DNA of 63,994 bases, counting the filler, from Sphacelaria rigidula (lineage: Eukaryota), in the NCBI GenBank assembly GCA_964200075.2. It is 4 parts of 4 records of this genome, joined end to end, with 100 filler letters (N's around TTAATTAATTAA, not from the genome) between each part and the next. Parts side by side here need not be neighbours in the genome. Positions count along the whole stretch, not along the records: positions 1 to 16,024 come from CAXNAA020001513.1; positions 16,125 to 32,141 come from CAXNAA020001514.1; 2 more parts are not named here. One strand, 5' to 3'. The notes beneath the pieces were generated by a model, which had not been told where the DNA came from, made no database searches, and saw only the letters and a program-made list of their open reading frames with translations. Positions 12,069 through 22,391 of the stretch are shown one piece after another. Positions within the stretch are counted from its first letter, which is position 1; each line of letters begins with the position of its first letter. A program made the translations under genes and the position numbers.

Positions 12069-13404
12069 ACAGAGTTTGGCTCCGTCGTTGATATCATATT
12101 ACGCAGTATTCTTTTCGATTATTTTGCCCATGTAGCGGCAAAGCGCGCATCAGCAGCTTGGTCTGCTGCTCATATCGGTATACCTACATCGGGCTGACTC
12201 GGGAGACTTCAAAAGTTTTTGCGTGCCGAAGAAACGTGGGTTTCTCGGTTGGCCCAGCTCGTAGTAGTGAGCTTTTTCTGCATCATTGGGACTGTTGGAA
12301 AAATGACGATCCTCGTTCATCGGAACACAAAAGTGAGGCGCAACCGCGATGTATACCTCACGTTCAGAGTAGGGTATTTGGTAATTTCTTTGCAATTTGC
12401 GATTGTGTTGGGTTCTTTCGCTTGCCACCGCTCATCACATTGGGGATCTGAAGATACTAGTATCTGCTCTACATCCCAAGAAGAAGAACACCATATGTAT
12501 TCAATATTGAGTGACTTACGGGCTGGCCGGTCATCGAGGGTCCTGCCACTTTTCAGTCACAGATTCTGACTCTTAGGTGTATTCGGTCGATCGAGGCTGT
12601 CCCGATCGCATTTGTGAAGAAATGGAAAGGTCTCTCTTTTATTCTACCTGCTCATTGCACTAGAGCCGAAAAATCAGTTTTCACGGTCAGTAACACCCTG
12701 CCGATAAACGGGGTATCTACTCGTATCGCTCGAAAACACTAACTAACACCAACTTCGGCACTGTGCTTCGAGGACGATCTGTTCATTCACCAAATCTACC
12801 GACGCTAGCACTTTCGAGTTCTATCGAAGAGTAGTACGCGAGAAAAACTCAAAAGCAACCCAGGCTACTTTGAATAAAAGGTACTATACTAAAGTAGCGG
12901 CCCGCCCACAAGGGCCTGAAACTAGACTCAGCCTAATGATTCAAAGGTTGACCGCGGCCTACTACCGTATTTGACTCAATGTAGCGGTCGTCGTCGAGGT
13001 TGCACGCGTTCCTACGACTATTTGTTTCGAAATCTCAGCCTGATTCTTCTACAACCTCATTTGTCATGAGCGGGATGTTACTGTACTACCGACACCCTGA
13101 TATTGGCCGCACAGCATCACGCCACTTGAGTTGTTGAGATGATGGCGGCTGACGTCGTGTGTAACATTTCGTATTTGGGGCGAGGCCGTGGTGAGAAAGC
13201 ATGAGGCGGGCAGTAATCGCAAGATGGGGGAGACGTGAACCGCTCTCAGCGGACTCATTCCCCTGTTACCCCTGCTGCTGCACCCTCACTGACAACTGCC
13301 GTTGCGACGAGCCTCTTCTGGTGGCGGGCTCCGGGACGGACCCCGTCTTTGTTACAGACTAATTGTATTGTGTTGTACAGTAGTCTAGTAGTGTTTCTTT
13401 TTCT

Positions 13405-13686
13405 CCCCCACACTTTGAACCCCTCCCCTTCCTCGGGATGAGTCCGTGGTCTCAAGGGATCAACCCATCTCTCTCCCGGTACNNNNNNNNNNGGATTGGG
13501 TCAGCACTCCCGCACCGCATCGACTCACGTCACACAAATTCAGTCGACTACTTTGTTTACTCGCGTTCTCACGCTTTCCACGGTGAAAATTATACATCAC
13601 GAAGAAAAACCCCAACGCACCGGGAATCGAACTCCCGTTCTCTCCACCATAATGACGACAGTCGGACCATTACACCATCGGGGCGC
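13405..13686 (-). mobile_element. tRNA-derived SINE, copy 1
   Basis: Reverse complement begins gcgccccgaTGGTGTAATGGt...gaGTTCGATTCCcg (A and B boxes); body matches 34098-34415 and 53031-53290. Contains a 10-N gap. Confidence 0.85.
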
Positions 13687-13914
13687 GGCGTGTTACACTC
13701 GTCAAAATTTGCTGGCTGTCCCGCCGCGTTCTCCTTTGGTGCAAGACCCATCGCTCTAATTATGTTTCGGGCAATGCTTGCTGTATCGTAGACGTCGTGT
13801 CAGATAAAGCTCAAACTTGTGGTTCTCGGCAAAATCAGATTCAAGAAAATGGTTTCGGAATGTGATTTTTCGGTCTCGATATGACACGGCTCGAGTACAA
13901 AATATACCAAGATA

Positions 13915-14040
13915 TAGTGCTCTGTAGGGTGCGATATTTTGCATACCCGGGATATTTACCCGGGTATTACCCGTACCCGAGAGTTCGGGGAGTTCTGAAG
14001 GCCTCCGAGGTTAGTTCACCACTTGGTACGTGAAGAACTT
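13915..14040. repeat. TACCCG/GGGTA-rich dispersed repeat family E
   Basis: gctctgtagggt.cga...tacccg recurs at 15767-15930. Related motif-rich tracts occur at 560-700, 7740-8090 and 15400-15640. Confidence 0.6.
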
Positions 14041-14834
14041 TCCCAGCAATTTATTATTTTGAAAAACTCTCACTCTAGCACTAAGGCTGGTTATTATCGA
14101 AGGGTCTTATCTCCTTTTTGAAAATCCCCTTTTGAAAAGAGATTGCCCCCACAACGATCAGTTTTGGGTGTTATCGAGAAGGAGTTTTGTCCAGATCGAA
14201 GCCCAGGTCTGCAAACAGGTTCAGAAATGCGGCGGATCTGGATTTGGTCGTCAGTCTAACGTCTCTGTAATGCTACAGACAACACGCATCAATGCAACAC
14301 AACACCTACACACCGAGTGCCGAAAAAAACACTTGGACACCCACCACTCACGCGCATTAGTTCCAGCGCTAGCCCTTGCTAATTTACACCCGGAAGTCTT
14401 GTTTGACGGAAATCCCTTCTGTATTGGACAAAGGGCGGCCGCGTGCATTTCAAAAACAACCGAAAACGTGTCATTGCCGACCGTTTGTGTGTGTGTGTGC
14501 TGTGCGCGCGTCCCACTCGAATCATCATTCCTCGTTGGATTCTCGACAGATTTGAGCGAGGGCGCGCACGACGTGCTCAGCTGATGATCAGCTGTGGCTT
14601 GAGCTGTGTGTTTTTGGTTGCGGGGGCACCAAGTTCCTCGGGTTTACCTCTGATTGTGTTAGGTTGTATGCCAAACCTTTGCATGTGCCCTGTCAACGGG
14701 GCATGTTTGTTCCCCTTCGACGTGTCCGGAGATCTCCTTTTAAGGAATAGATTTTTCGGGCGCTTTTTTATTTTTTATTTCAGGGGGCGGGGGGGGGGGT
14801 GTATCGCAGCGACCAATCAGCGACCGTTTTTGAC

Positions 14835-15160
14835 AGTAGAGTGCACCGGTGTTGGGTCACAAATGTCCATGGTTGATATTACTTGATATGAGTGTTTACA
14901 ACGAGAATCGGACTTTAGTGGAGCTGACAGTCCCGTGTGCTCTCCGCGTGCGCAGAAGGCGTTATCGTGAAAAATGGCGCCACAGGCGCTGATTTACGGT
15001 CTACGAAGGCTGCACTTCACCTGGGGAATGTATGTACCGGCCTTGCCCGAGGGTTCTCGGTATGCGCTGGGTTGGAGTTGGGGCTGGGGTTAGGGGTAGT
15101 GATACTTGTAAAATTGTGCCAACCATGGATATTTGTAGCCCAACGCCAATAAACTAGCCT
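14835..15160. mobile_element. MITE family B (Mutator-like, 10-bp TSD)
   Basis: TIRs of about 40 bp; flanks cgtttttgac/tgtttttgag; reverse-complement homologue of 45200-45495. Confidence 0.85.
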
Positions 15161-16024
15161 TGTTTTTGAGAAGGGCCACTGTAAAAAAAGAGATAACCCC
15201 TTCGCTAAGAACCCGCCTAATCCTAACCTTCACCCCAACAAAGGCATACCGAGAACCCTCAGGCAAGGGGGGTGCAAAATGTTTCCCAGCCAAAGTGGGC
15301 GTTGCCACACCTCAAAAAAACGGGTTCTGCGCACGCCAGGGGAAGAGCCCCATTGGAGATCCGAATTTCGGTGTCCATACTAAAACCAAGTGGATCCTTC
15401 AACCTACCAAGTGGTACACACTTCCGATGCCTCCTACAAAGGTACTGTACCCGACAGTTCTGTATGACTGTACGAAATACTTACCCTCACCCGGGACGCG
15501 GGTATACCCTTAATAAAGTACCCGGTTGTGAGCAAGGGTTTCTGCGCAACCTCCATGCCGCACCCGACACGTTCTCTAAGTTTGTAAGAAATTATACACG
15601 AGTACCCTGCAGAACACAACCTTGGAAAATGTATCCTCTTCAATCGTCCTCAGGGGTCCCCTAGGGGGAGGAAAATAGTCGAAATCAAGACCCAAACCCA
15701 AATATGCGCAAACATTATAATGCAGTACGTATCAAAGCATGGTGTCGGAATGTTGAAAGTTTACGTCGCTCTGTAGGGTACGACTTTTTGTATACCCGGA
15801 GTATTCGCCAAGATATTACCCGAAGCGGACAGGTTCTGTGAGTTCTGCAAGCTTCTCATACCCACACCCGGCACTTCTGGATGCTCCGTGAGCCTTCCAC
15901 ATAGATACTCGACAGTTCTGTACGACCTGTCAGTGATGCCGTGATCCCCCCCGCCTGGTCCGGCGAGAACCCGGCGTGCTCCGTCCCGGCTTTGTAGGGG
16001 CGGACCCCCGATAGGGTTGGCGTC

Positions 16025-16124
16025 NNNNNNNNNNNNNNNNNNNNNNNNNNNNNNNNNNNNNNNNNNNNTTAATTAATTAANNNNNNNNNNNNNNNNNNNN
16101 NNNNNNNNNNNNNNNNNNNNNNNN
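16025..16124. other. Assembly spacer N44-TTAATTAATTAA-N44
   Basis: Exactly 100 nt, six-frame stop linker, identical at three places. Confidence 0.98.
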
Positions 16125-16229
16125 AGAAGAGGATCCTGGTGGAGAAGAGAGGGCAGACAATGCTTACGGGAAAAAATATTGGGCGTGGAGCAATAATCGC
16201 AACAAAGAAGCGGGGTTCAAAGCGGGACG

Positions 16230-17750
16230 TGGACGTCGTGAAGTTCGCGGGCTGCTGCGCCACGGCGCATGTTGCGATATTTCTTGTTGTGAGCAAGATG
16301 CTGATGTTGGGATTGCGTCCAGTAAAGGAGGATTGCACGACGGTGGAATTGCAGATCAGATTTGCGTTCTCAAGACGCTCTCCGAAAACCGTGCCAGTGT
16401 GTCTTATACATGACAGCGATCTTGCCTCCTCGACCACGTGTTATCTGGTGGCCGGAAATGGAGGACACGGTCAATCGAAGGGGCTGTTCCGTCACGTCGT
16501 CGGTTGTAACGTGGTAGAGTGGGGACTTAGTCGAGTAGCTGTTGAGAACATACTGTTTGAGTCGGGCAGGCAGGTACTTGGGCATGTCACTTGTATCATG
16601 CGGGTTCTTGCAGGGTTTGCATATGTGCACGGAGACGCGGGGCTTGGTGTCTTTGCCCTGGAGGTCGCGAGACAAGTCGAGATAGAGCAGTTTGTCACCA
16701 ACAGGTTTTTGATCCGGTGATGATGACGATGGTCCGACTGTCAGGATCGTGAATGGTCCTATCCAATTGAGGGACAATTTTGTCTTTAAAATTGTTTCGT
16801 TGGCTGCCTTGCTGGTGCCTTGGCGGATGGCCGACAAACTGTTGTAATTCCAAACCCAGTCACCAACTTTCCAGTTGGGGCGTTTGTGCATGAGGTTGTA
16901 GAGAGCAGTGTTTGATCTCTCTAGGCGCGAGGCACTGATAGCATGTTGTTCGCGCACGAGGGTAAACGTTTTGCGTTGTCGCGCGTGCGCTAGCTTGTGG
17001 TAGAATATCCTATCCTGATCCAATCCTTGGTGGCCGTCAAACGTGTGTCGCTCAAACACGGTGATAGGCAGCGGAGGGTAACGTCCAAGATGGAGTTCGT
17101 TCGGAGAAAGGCCTGTGGCGGCATTAACCGAGTTGTTGTAGGACAAAATGATGTGCGCGAGATGTAGGTCCCAGTCATTTTGGCGGTCATTGACAACCAT
17201 AGAGAGCATCTGGGCCATGGTGTGATTAACTCTTTCGGTACCACCGTTAACGTTTGGGTGGTGGGCGCTCGTGGCAATTTTGCGGATGACCAGGAGCTTG
17301 TAAAGCTCATCAGAGAGGTCTGAGCAAAATTGCTGACGATTGTCTCAAAGTAGTCGCTTTGGACAACCGTAGTGCTTAATGTAATCGTGGACTAGTATGT
17401 CGGCCGTTCCGGCGGCAGTGAAATCTGCGGTGGCTACCGCGTACATGGACGCGTGGCGGCTAAAGCGGTCAGTGAAGAGTAAAATGTAGGTGTTGCTGCG
17501 ACCTGTGGTCGGTAGAGGGCCAAAGTAGTCAAAGGACACAGGGTGGCCGGGTTCGTCGGGTAGTCCCATAGAGATGACGGGCCCGCGTACTGTATGTCGT
17601 GAAGTTTGTCGGGCTTGGCATTTAAAGCATCACCGAATCCAGAAGCGGGTTGAAATTTCCATGTCAACCCACCAGTAGAAGCGTTCCAAGAGCACGAGGG
17701 TGCAGGTGACGCCAAGGTGGCATGACAAGTCTGTCTAGCAGCCTTTCATG
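16230..17750 (-). pseudogene. Gypsy A integrase with C-terminal chromodomain-like extension
   Basis: HHCC-type region near 17600-17730, SFDYFGP...FTDRFSR, LL*DN, GTERVNHTMAQML...NDWD, WIGPFTI (GPY/F), then VSSISGHQITRGRGGKIAVMYKTHWHG..SWER. Confidence 0.9.
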
Positions 17751-18546
17751 ACCCAGGGGCGCATTTATAATGGCACATATATGCGCGTTGGTTCGTCATT
17801 GAGTAGTCGTGCGGTGCGTCCCGTAGTTGACGCGGCAATTGCGCCTGTCAAAGGCGTGGGCCGACGTACGAGTAGTTGGACACCTTCATCCGTAGTAAAA
17901 AGGGTGCCTTTACGCACGAGCTCGAATACGTCAGAAATAACTGGTGGTGGCAGTGTGCCAACCGGGGTCAGACATTTGGACGGAAAAAGGACTGGACAGT
18001 CGAGCTTCAAGTACCGGATGGCTGCGCGATATAGCGGTTCTGCGTTTTGTTCACGAGCCCAATCGCGGTGGGAGTAGCTGGCGAGAAACTCGCGTAGTTG
18101 ACCTTCCGCTGGCGAGCCGACCAAACATGGTAGGGCAGGCGGCGGGGGAACAGGCGACGGGTTAGAAATGCCGACGTCAATATCCGTCCCGGGAGCAGGT
18201 GACGAGTCGTCAGTTCCGTGCTCGGGGGCAGAAGATGTTTGGGGCGCCGTGCTGGGCGGCGGGGTTGTATCAGTGCGCGGCGAAGATTGTCCGCGGCTCG
18301 TGGCGCACGGTGCAGAAGTTTTCGCGGAGCTTTGCGTGTTGGTTGGTGGAACTCGTGCTGGGTGGCTCATAGAGGTTGCAGGTGTTGTCGGTGACGGCGC
18401 GGCACTCGGTGTGGTGCGGGTGGCAGACCGGGAGCGCGTGTTGTCGGAGATGAGGTGGGTGACTGGAGGTGTCTCCGCGAAGAGTTTCGCGCGAGTACCG
18501 AAAGTGCGAAAATCGACAATATCGGAGGTAGTGGGCTTTAACCCAC

Positions 18547-20000
18547 CTAAGACGGCGTCATATAGTAGAGGGCAAGGCCCTCCCATATGCAACCGGTTCC
18601 CGGGCACTGGAGGTCGAGGGCGTAAACGGGCGTTAAAAAACGTCTACTCGCGTAAATTCCAGGTTCATCGGTTTCCGTTAAACGGCACGCCGGGCTGGAA
18701 TCTGCGGTCGTAGGCGGCAGAGGTAGGCGGGAAAGAAGATCAGCGTTCCCGTTGGTTTTGCCTGGACGGTGCTTGATTGTATACTGGTATGCTGTTAGAA
18801 ACTCCAACCATCGTTGTATACGAGGGTTGTGTTCGCCAAGCTTGGCGAGTTGTTCAAGTGCTCCGTGATCCGTATAGATCTCGAAGGGCACGTGAAACAG
18901 ATGATATCGAAGGCGCTTCATGGCCCAAGTAATTACTCCGCCTTCCAGTTCTAGCGGGCTCCAATTGGCCTCGTTGGGCAGGGTAGCGCGGCTAATATAA
19001 AGGATGGGTCGGAAAGAGCCATCGACCTGAGGTTGATTCAAAACTCCTCCAAATCCATTTGTGCTAGTGTCAGTGTGGAGTTGGAAAAGGCGGGAGCCAT
19101 CTTGTACTGCCTCCCAATCAGAAAAGCAAAGTACGGGCTTTTTGGTAAGCGTCTTGAGTAATTGGCGGGTGATATTCTCCATTTCGGTGGTGAAAGAAAA
19201 TACGGCTCCTTTCTTGAGTAGCTCAGTAAGGGGGCGAATCCGTTCAGATAAATTCGACAAATAATTGCGGTAGTAGGATAGCCCGCCCAACAATGAGCGA
19301 AGTTGAGAAATGTTAGTTGGCATCGGCAAATCAGTCATCGCCTTGCCTTTGTTTGTATGCGGATGCAGGCCTGCTGGCGAAATGGAATGCCCCAAGAAAT
19401 CCAAGTCAGTCGCACCAAGGCGAGCTTTGGATGGAGACAGTTCCAAATTATGCGTGCGTAAGCGAGATATGAATTCTCGTAGAGTGTGTGAATGTGCAAT
19501 AGGTGAGGCATCGAAAGCGATTGCGTCATCCAGGTACATGATCATGTGTGCTCGTGGCCCTCGGTGACGCGTTGCATTAAGCGTTGAAAGCATCCCGGGG
19601 CAGTGGCGGCGCCTTGTGGCATTCGAAGCCACTCATACAGTCCGGACGAGGTACAAAAAGCCGTCAGTGGGACTGTGTCAGGATGTATGGCATTCTGAAA
19701 AAATCCAGAAGCGAGGTCGAAGGTGCTAAATATTTTTCCTTCGCCTAAGGAGTCGAAAACTTCGTCAATGCGAGGAATTAAAAGTTTACCGACCACGGTG
19801 ACGCGGTTCAACCGTTGATAGTTCACGGTTATGCGTACTGTTTTGCAATGCCCAACATCCGTCTTGGATCGGGGAAATCGGTCTTGGTACTGTAGAAGAA
19901 CATCACTGACTTCTCGGATGACTGCCGGTTCCCAGCCGGGTCCATGAAGGTCAACATTGACCTCGCGCATGTGTGGCGGCAGTTGGTTCCACATGTGCAA
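18547..20000 (-). pseudogene. Gypsy A reverse transcriptase and RNase H (frameshifted, N-terminal RT deletion)
   Basis: RITVNYQRLN, IPRIDEVFDSLG, STFDLASGFFQ, TAFCT..GLYEWLRMPQG, MYLDD, LRSLLGGLSYYR, RNase H motifs. The region normally present between GHCKT and VRITVNY is missing. Confidence 0.95.
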
Positions 20001-20021
20001 GAAAATATTCCGAGAATCTGG

Positions 20022-21591
20022 TCATAAGCGTTGAAGCACTTCAACAGGAGGGTCGGAATTTGACGGGGCAGGATCCACGGTGTGGACCTGGGATGGAGTC
20101 GCAGAGGCGAGATCGAAATAGGGTTCATCGACACAATGGACTGACTCCGCCGGAGATGTGGCGTTTGGCGCGGCAGGCTTTGTGACGCACGTCTCGAGTG
20201 GGATGTGCATCAAGGGAGCAGCGGCGCTTCCTAAAACATCGCCGGGTTCCAAGTTAGCATGGCCCGTATGAGGGAGGGGTTGTTGTCCCGCCGACGAGTG
20301 ATGCTGCGACAGGGTCAGCACTTTTACGGCCTGAGATTAGAATTGTTAGGAACCCTTTATCTCATCCAAGACACGACTTTTAAAATAGGTGAGAGTACGC
20401 CAGGGTTTTTCTTCCAATTTGCTAGGGATATCCCGAACGAATTTGCAAACGGGGATATCCTCACCCATATTCTTAAGTAGTTCCTCATTTTAGAAACCCC
20501 TGAATCAGGCCGGTTTTGGCCCCAAAAGTGCAGACCCTATCGCAGCATCACTCCGACGCAAAATGTTCTGTGTCGGCTGGTGCGCCAATACGGGGTAACA
20601 TTTCGGCAAGATAATGGCTCATAAGTGCTGGCATGCCATTTCGGCGAACTAGTACAACTTCAAGAAGTTGGGGGTCGTCGGAGAGTGTAATACCCACGCT
20701 ACCGTTATATCGTAGGTGGTAAGCAGCTCCGGTTGCTTGAGGATTCTTCTGATGTGCCAGCGCGCCGTGGAGAGTACCGAAGTGTTCAAGGTTGAATTCT
20801 CCACGCGGCGGGGAATGTGGTGTTAGTGGTGGAAGCGTGCGGTAGGTGCGTTTATTAAACCGCATAACGCTATCTCTGCCCAATAATATGGCGTAATGCA
20901 TGGTGCTGTCGGGGACAACGTATGCCCAGACTGCCAGGCTAGCAGATCGAGTGGTGCTGTGAAAGAATTTCACATTGAGTCGTATGGATTCACGTGTCGT
21001 CAGTGGTGCGGCAGAATCACCGAAACCGCCCAACACGCGAGGTTCGGCGGTGGTTTCGCAAGCTGCAGTCGCAGCGCCAGTCTGATTCATGTGTGTCCAT
21101 GTTGATTCTCGAATAAATGTTTGCGGGCTGCCGCTGTCCAACAAGGATACGCATTTCGTCGGCGTGATAGCGTCTGGACCGGTATGGATCGCAACGCGAG
21201 TGGTGAAAGTGGCCGGATCTACAGACACTTTACCGCCGACAAGATCCGGACCGTGTTCCGGCAAGGTAAGCTGGTCAGGATCAGCGGGACTGACAGCAAA
21301 AACGCACGGCGGATGTGGGTCGGATGTCTCACCAGAGAAGGGGGTGGACGGTATATTATTTCCAGGTGTGGCATGATCATTGGCGATTTCGTAAATGATC
21401 GTCTTTGGTTGACAGGGATCACCGTCGAAGGGGGATCCAGAATATGCGGGGCTGGAGTCGTCGATTGAAGAAGTAGTGCCGTCAGAATCATGTGATTTTC
21501 TTCCGGGATACTTGATAGAGCCGTCGAGCTCAAAGTCGTCGCATTTTGGAGAGATTGAGGTCGAGGATTTCCGCTCGGAAGAGGTGTACAT
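20022..21591 (-). pseudogene. Gypsy A aspartic protease and flanking pol region, split by a MITE
   Basis: LLDSGS and ILLGRD motifs. Removing 20296-20553 plus one CGAC gives the continuous frame TEHFASAGQQPLPH. Confidence 0.88.
20296..20553. mobile_element. MITE family A inserted in Gypsy A pol
   Basis: CGAC|GAGTGATGCTGCGACAGGGTCAGCACTTTT ... AAAAGTGCAGACCCTATCGCAGCATCACTC|CGAC. Confidence 0.95.
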
Positions 21592-22099
21592 AATGATGCG
21601 CGCGCGTCCTTGGGGGCATGCTTACGGTGCTTTCTCTTTCGCTGTGACAAAGGTCGGGGAACTTCCAAAACATTTGGGGATGAAACCACAACTGCGTCCA
21701 GTTGCGTGGATGGGGTCAGCATCGGGGCATGACGGAGCGAAACCTGTGGGCTGCTTTCCGTAGGCAAGCTTAGCTGTTGGCGCACAGCCGAAGATATGTT
21801 GGGGCGGCTGTTAGTAAAACTGGCCGAAGGTAGGTCTGTGCGTCTTGAAAATTGCGGGAAAGGAGTTCGATCCAACTGATTGGGAGATATATGATCCGAT
21901 GCGGTCACGTTCAAATCAGCAACACTTGGGTCAGCTGAAAAAGGCTTGATACTACCTGTGCGTGCGGTCGCTGAGGGAAGCCTTTGCCTCAGGGACTGGC
22001 GATTGGTCTTCCCACACCTCAGACTTATACTCGGCACTGGAGGACCAAGTTCAAAGCCGGATGTAGGACTGAGTCGCTGGGTGACACAACTGTTACGCG

Positions 22100-22335
22100 G
22101 TGTGTGGAGGGATGAAGACGGGGGTCGACATGAACGGCCGTCAGTTGCACTCCTTCATAGTGCCGGGAGAGCCAGGCGGACAATCTTAGTCGCGGGCTCT
22201 GCGGGCTGTGTTGAAAATTGTGTGGAGGTTCGAGACGGGGGTCGATATGAACGGCTGTCAGTTACGCTCCTGGATAGTGCCGGGGAAGTCGAGTGAGCAA
22301 ATATAGACACGAACTCCGCGGGCTGTATTGAGAAA
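22100..22335. repeat. ~117-bp tandem duplication at the start of Gypsy A pol
   Basis: agacgggggtcga.atgaacggc.gtcagtt occurs at 22117 and 22233. Confidence 0.75.
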
Positions 22336-22391
22336 GTCTTCACTCGTGCTATCGACGGCGTGGAAGACCGAAGAACGCCGGCGTCGGCACG

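Noticed and set aside
13160..13356. Solo LTR (TGTAACA...TGTTACA)
   Set aside because: Inverted ends present but no target-site duplication and no second copy in the window.
16069..16080. TTAATTAATTAA as a biological motif
   Set aside because: Centred in N runs at three identical spacers; assembly linker.
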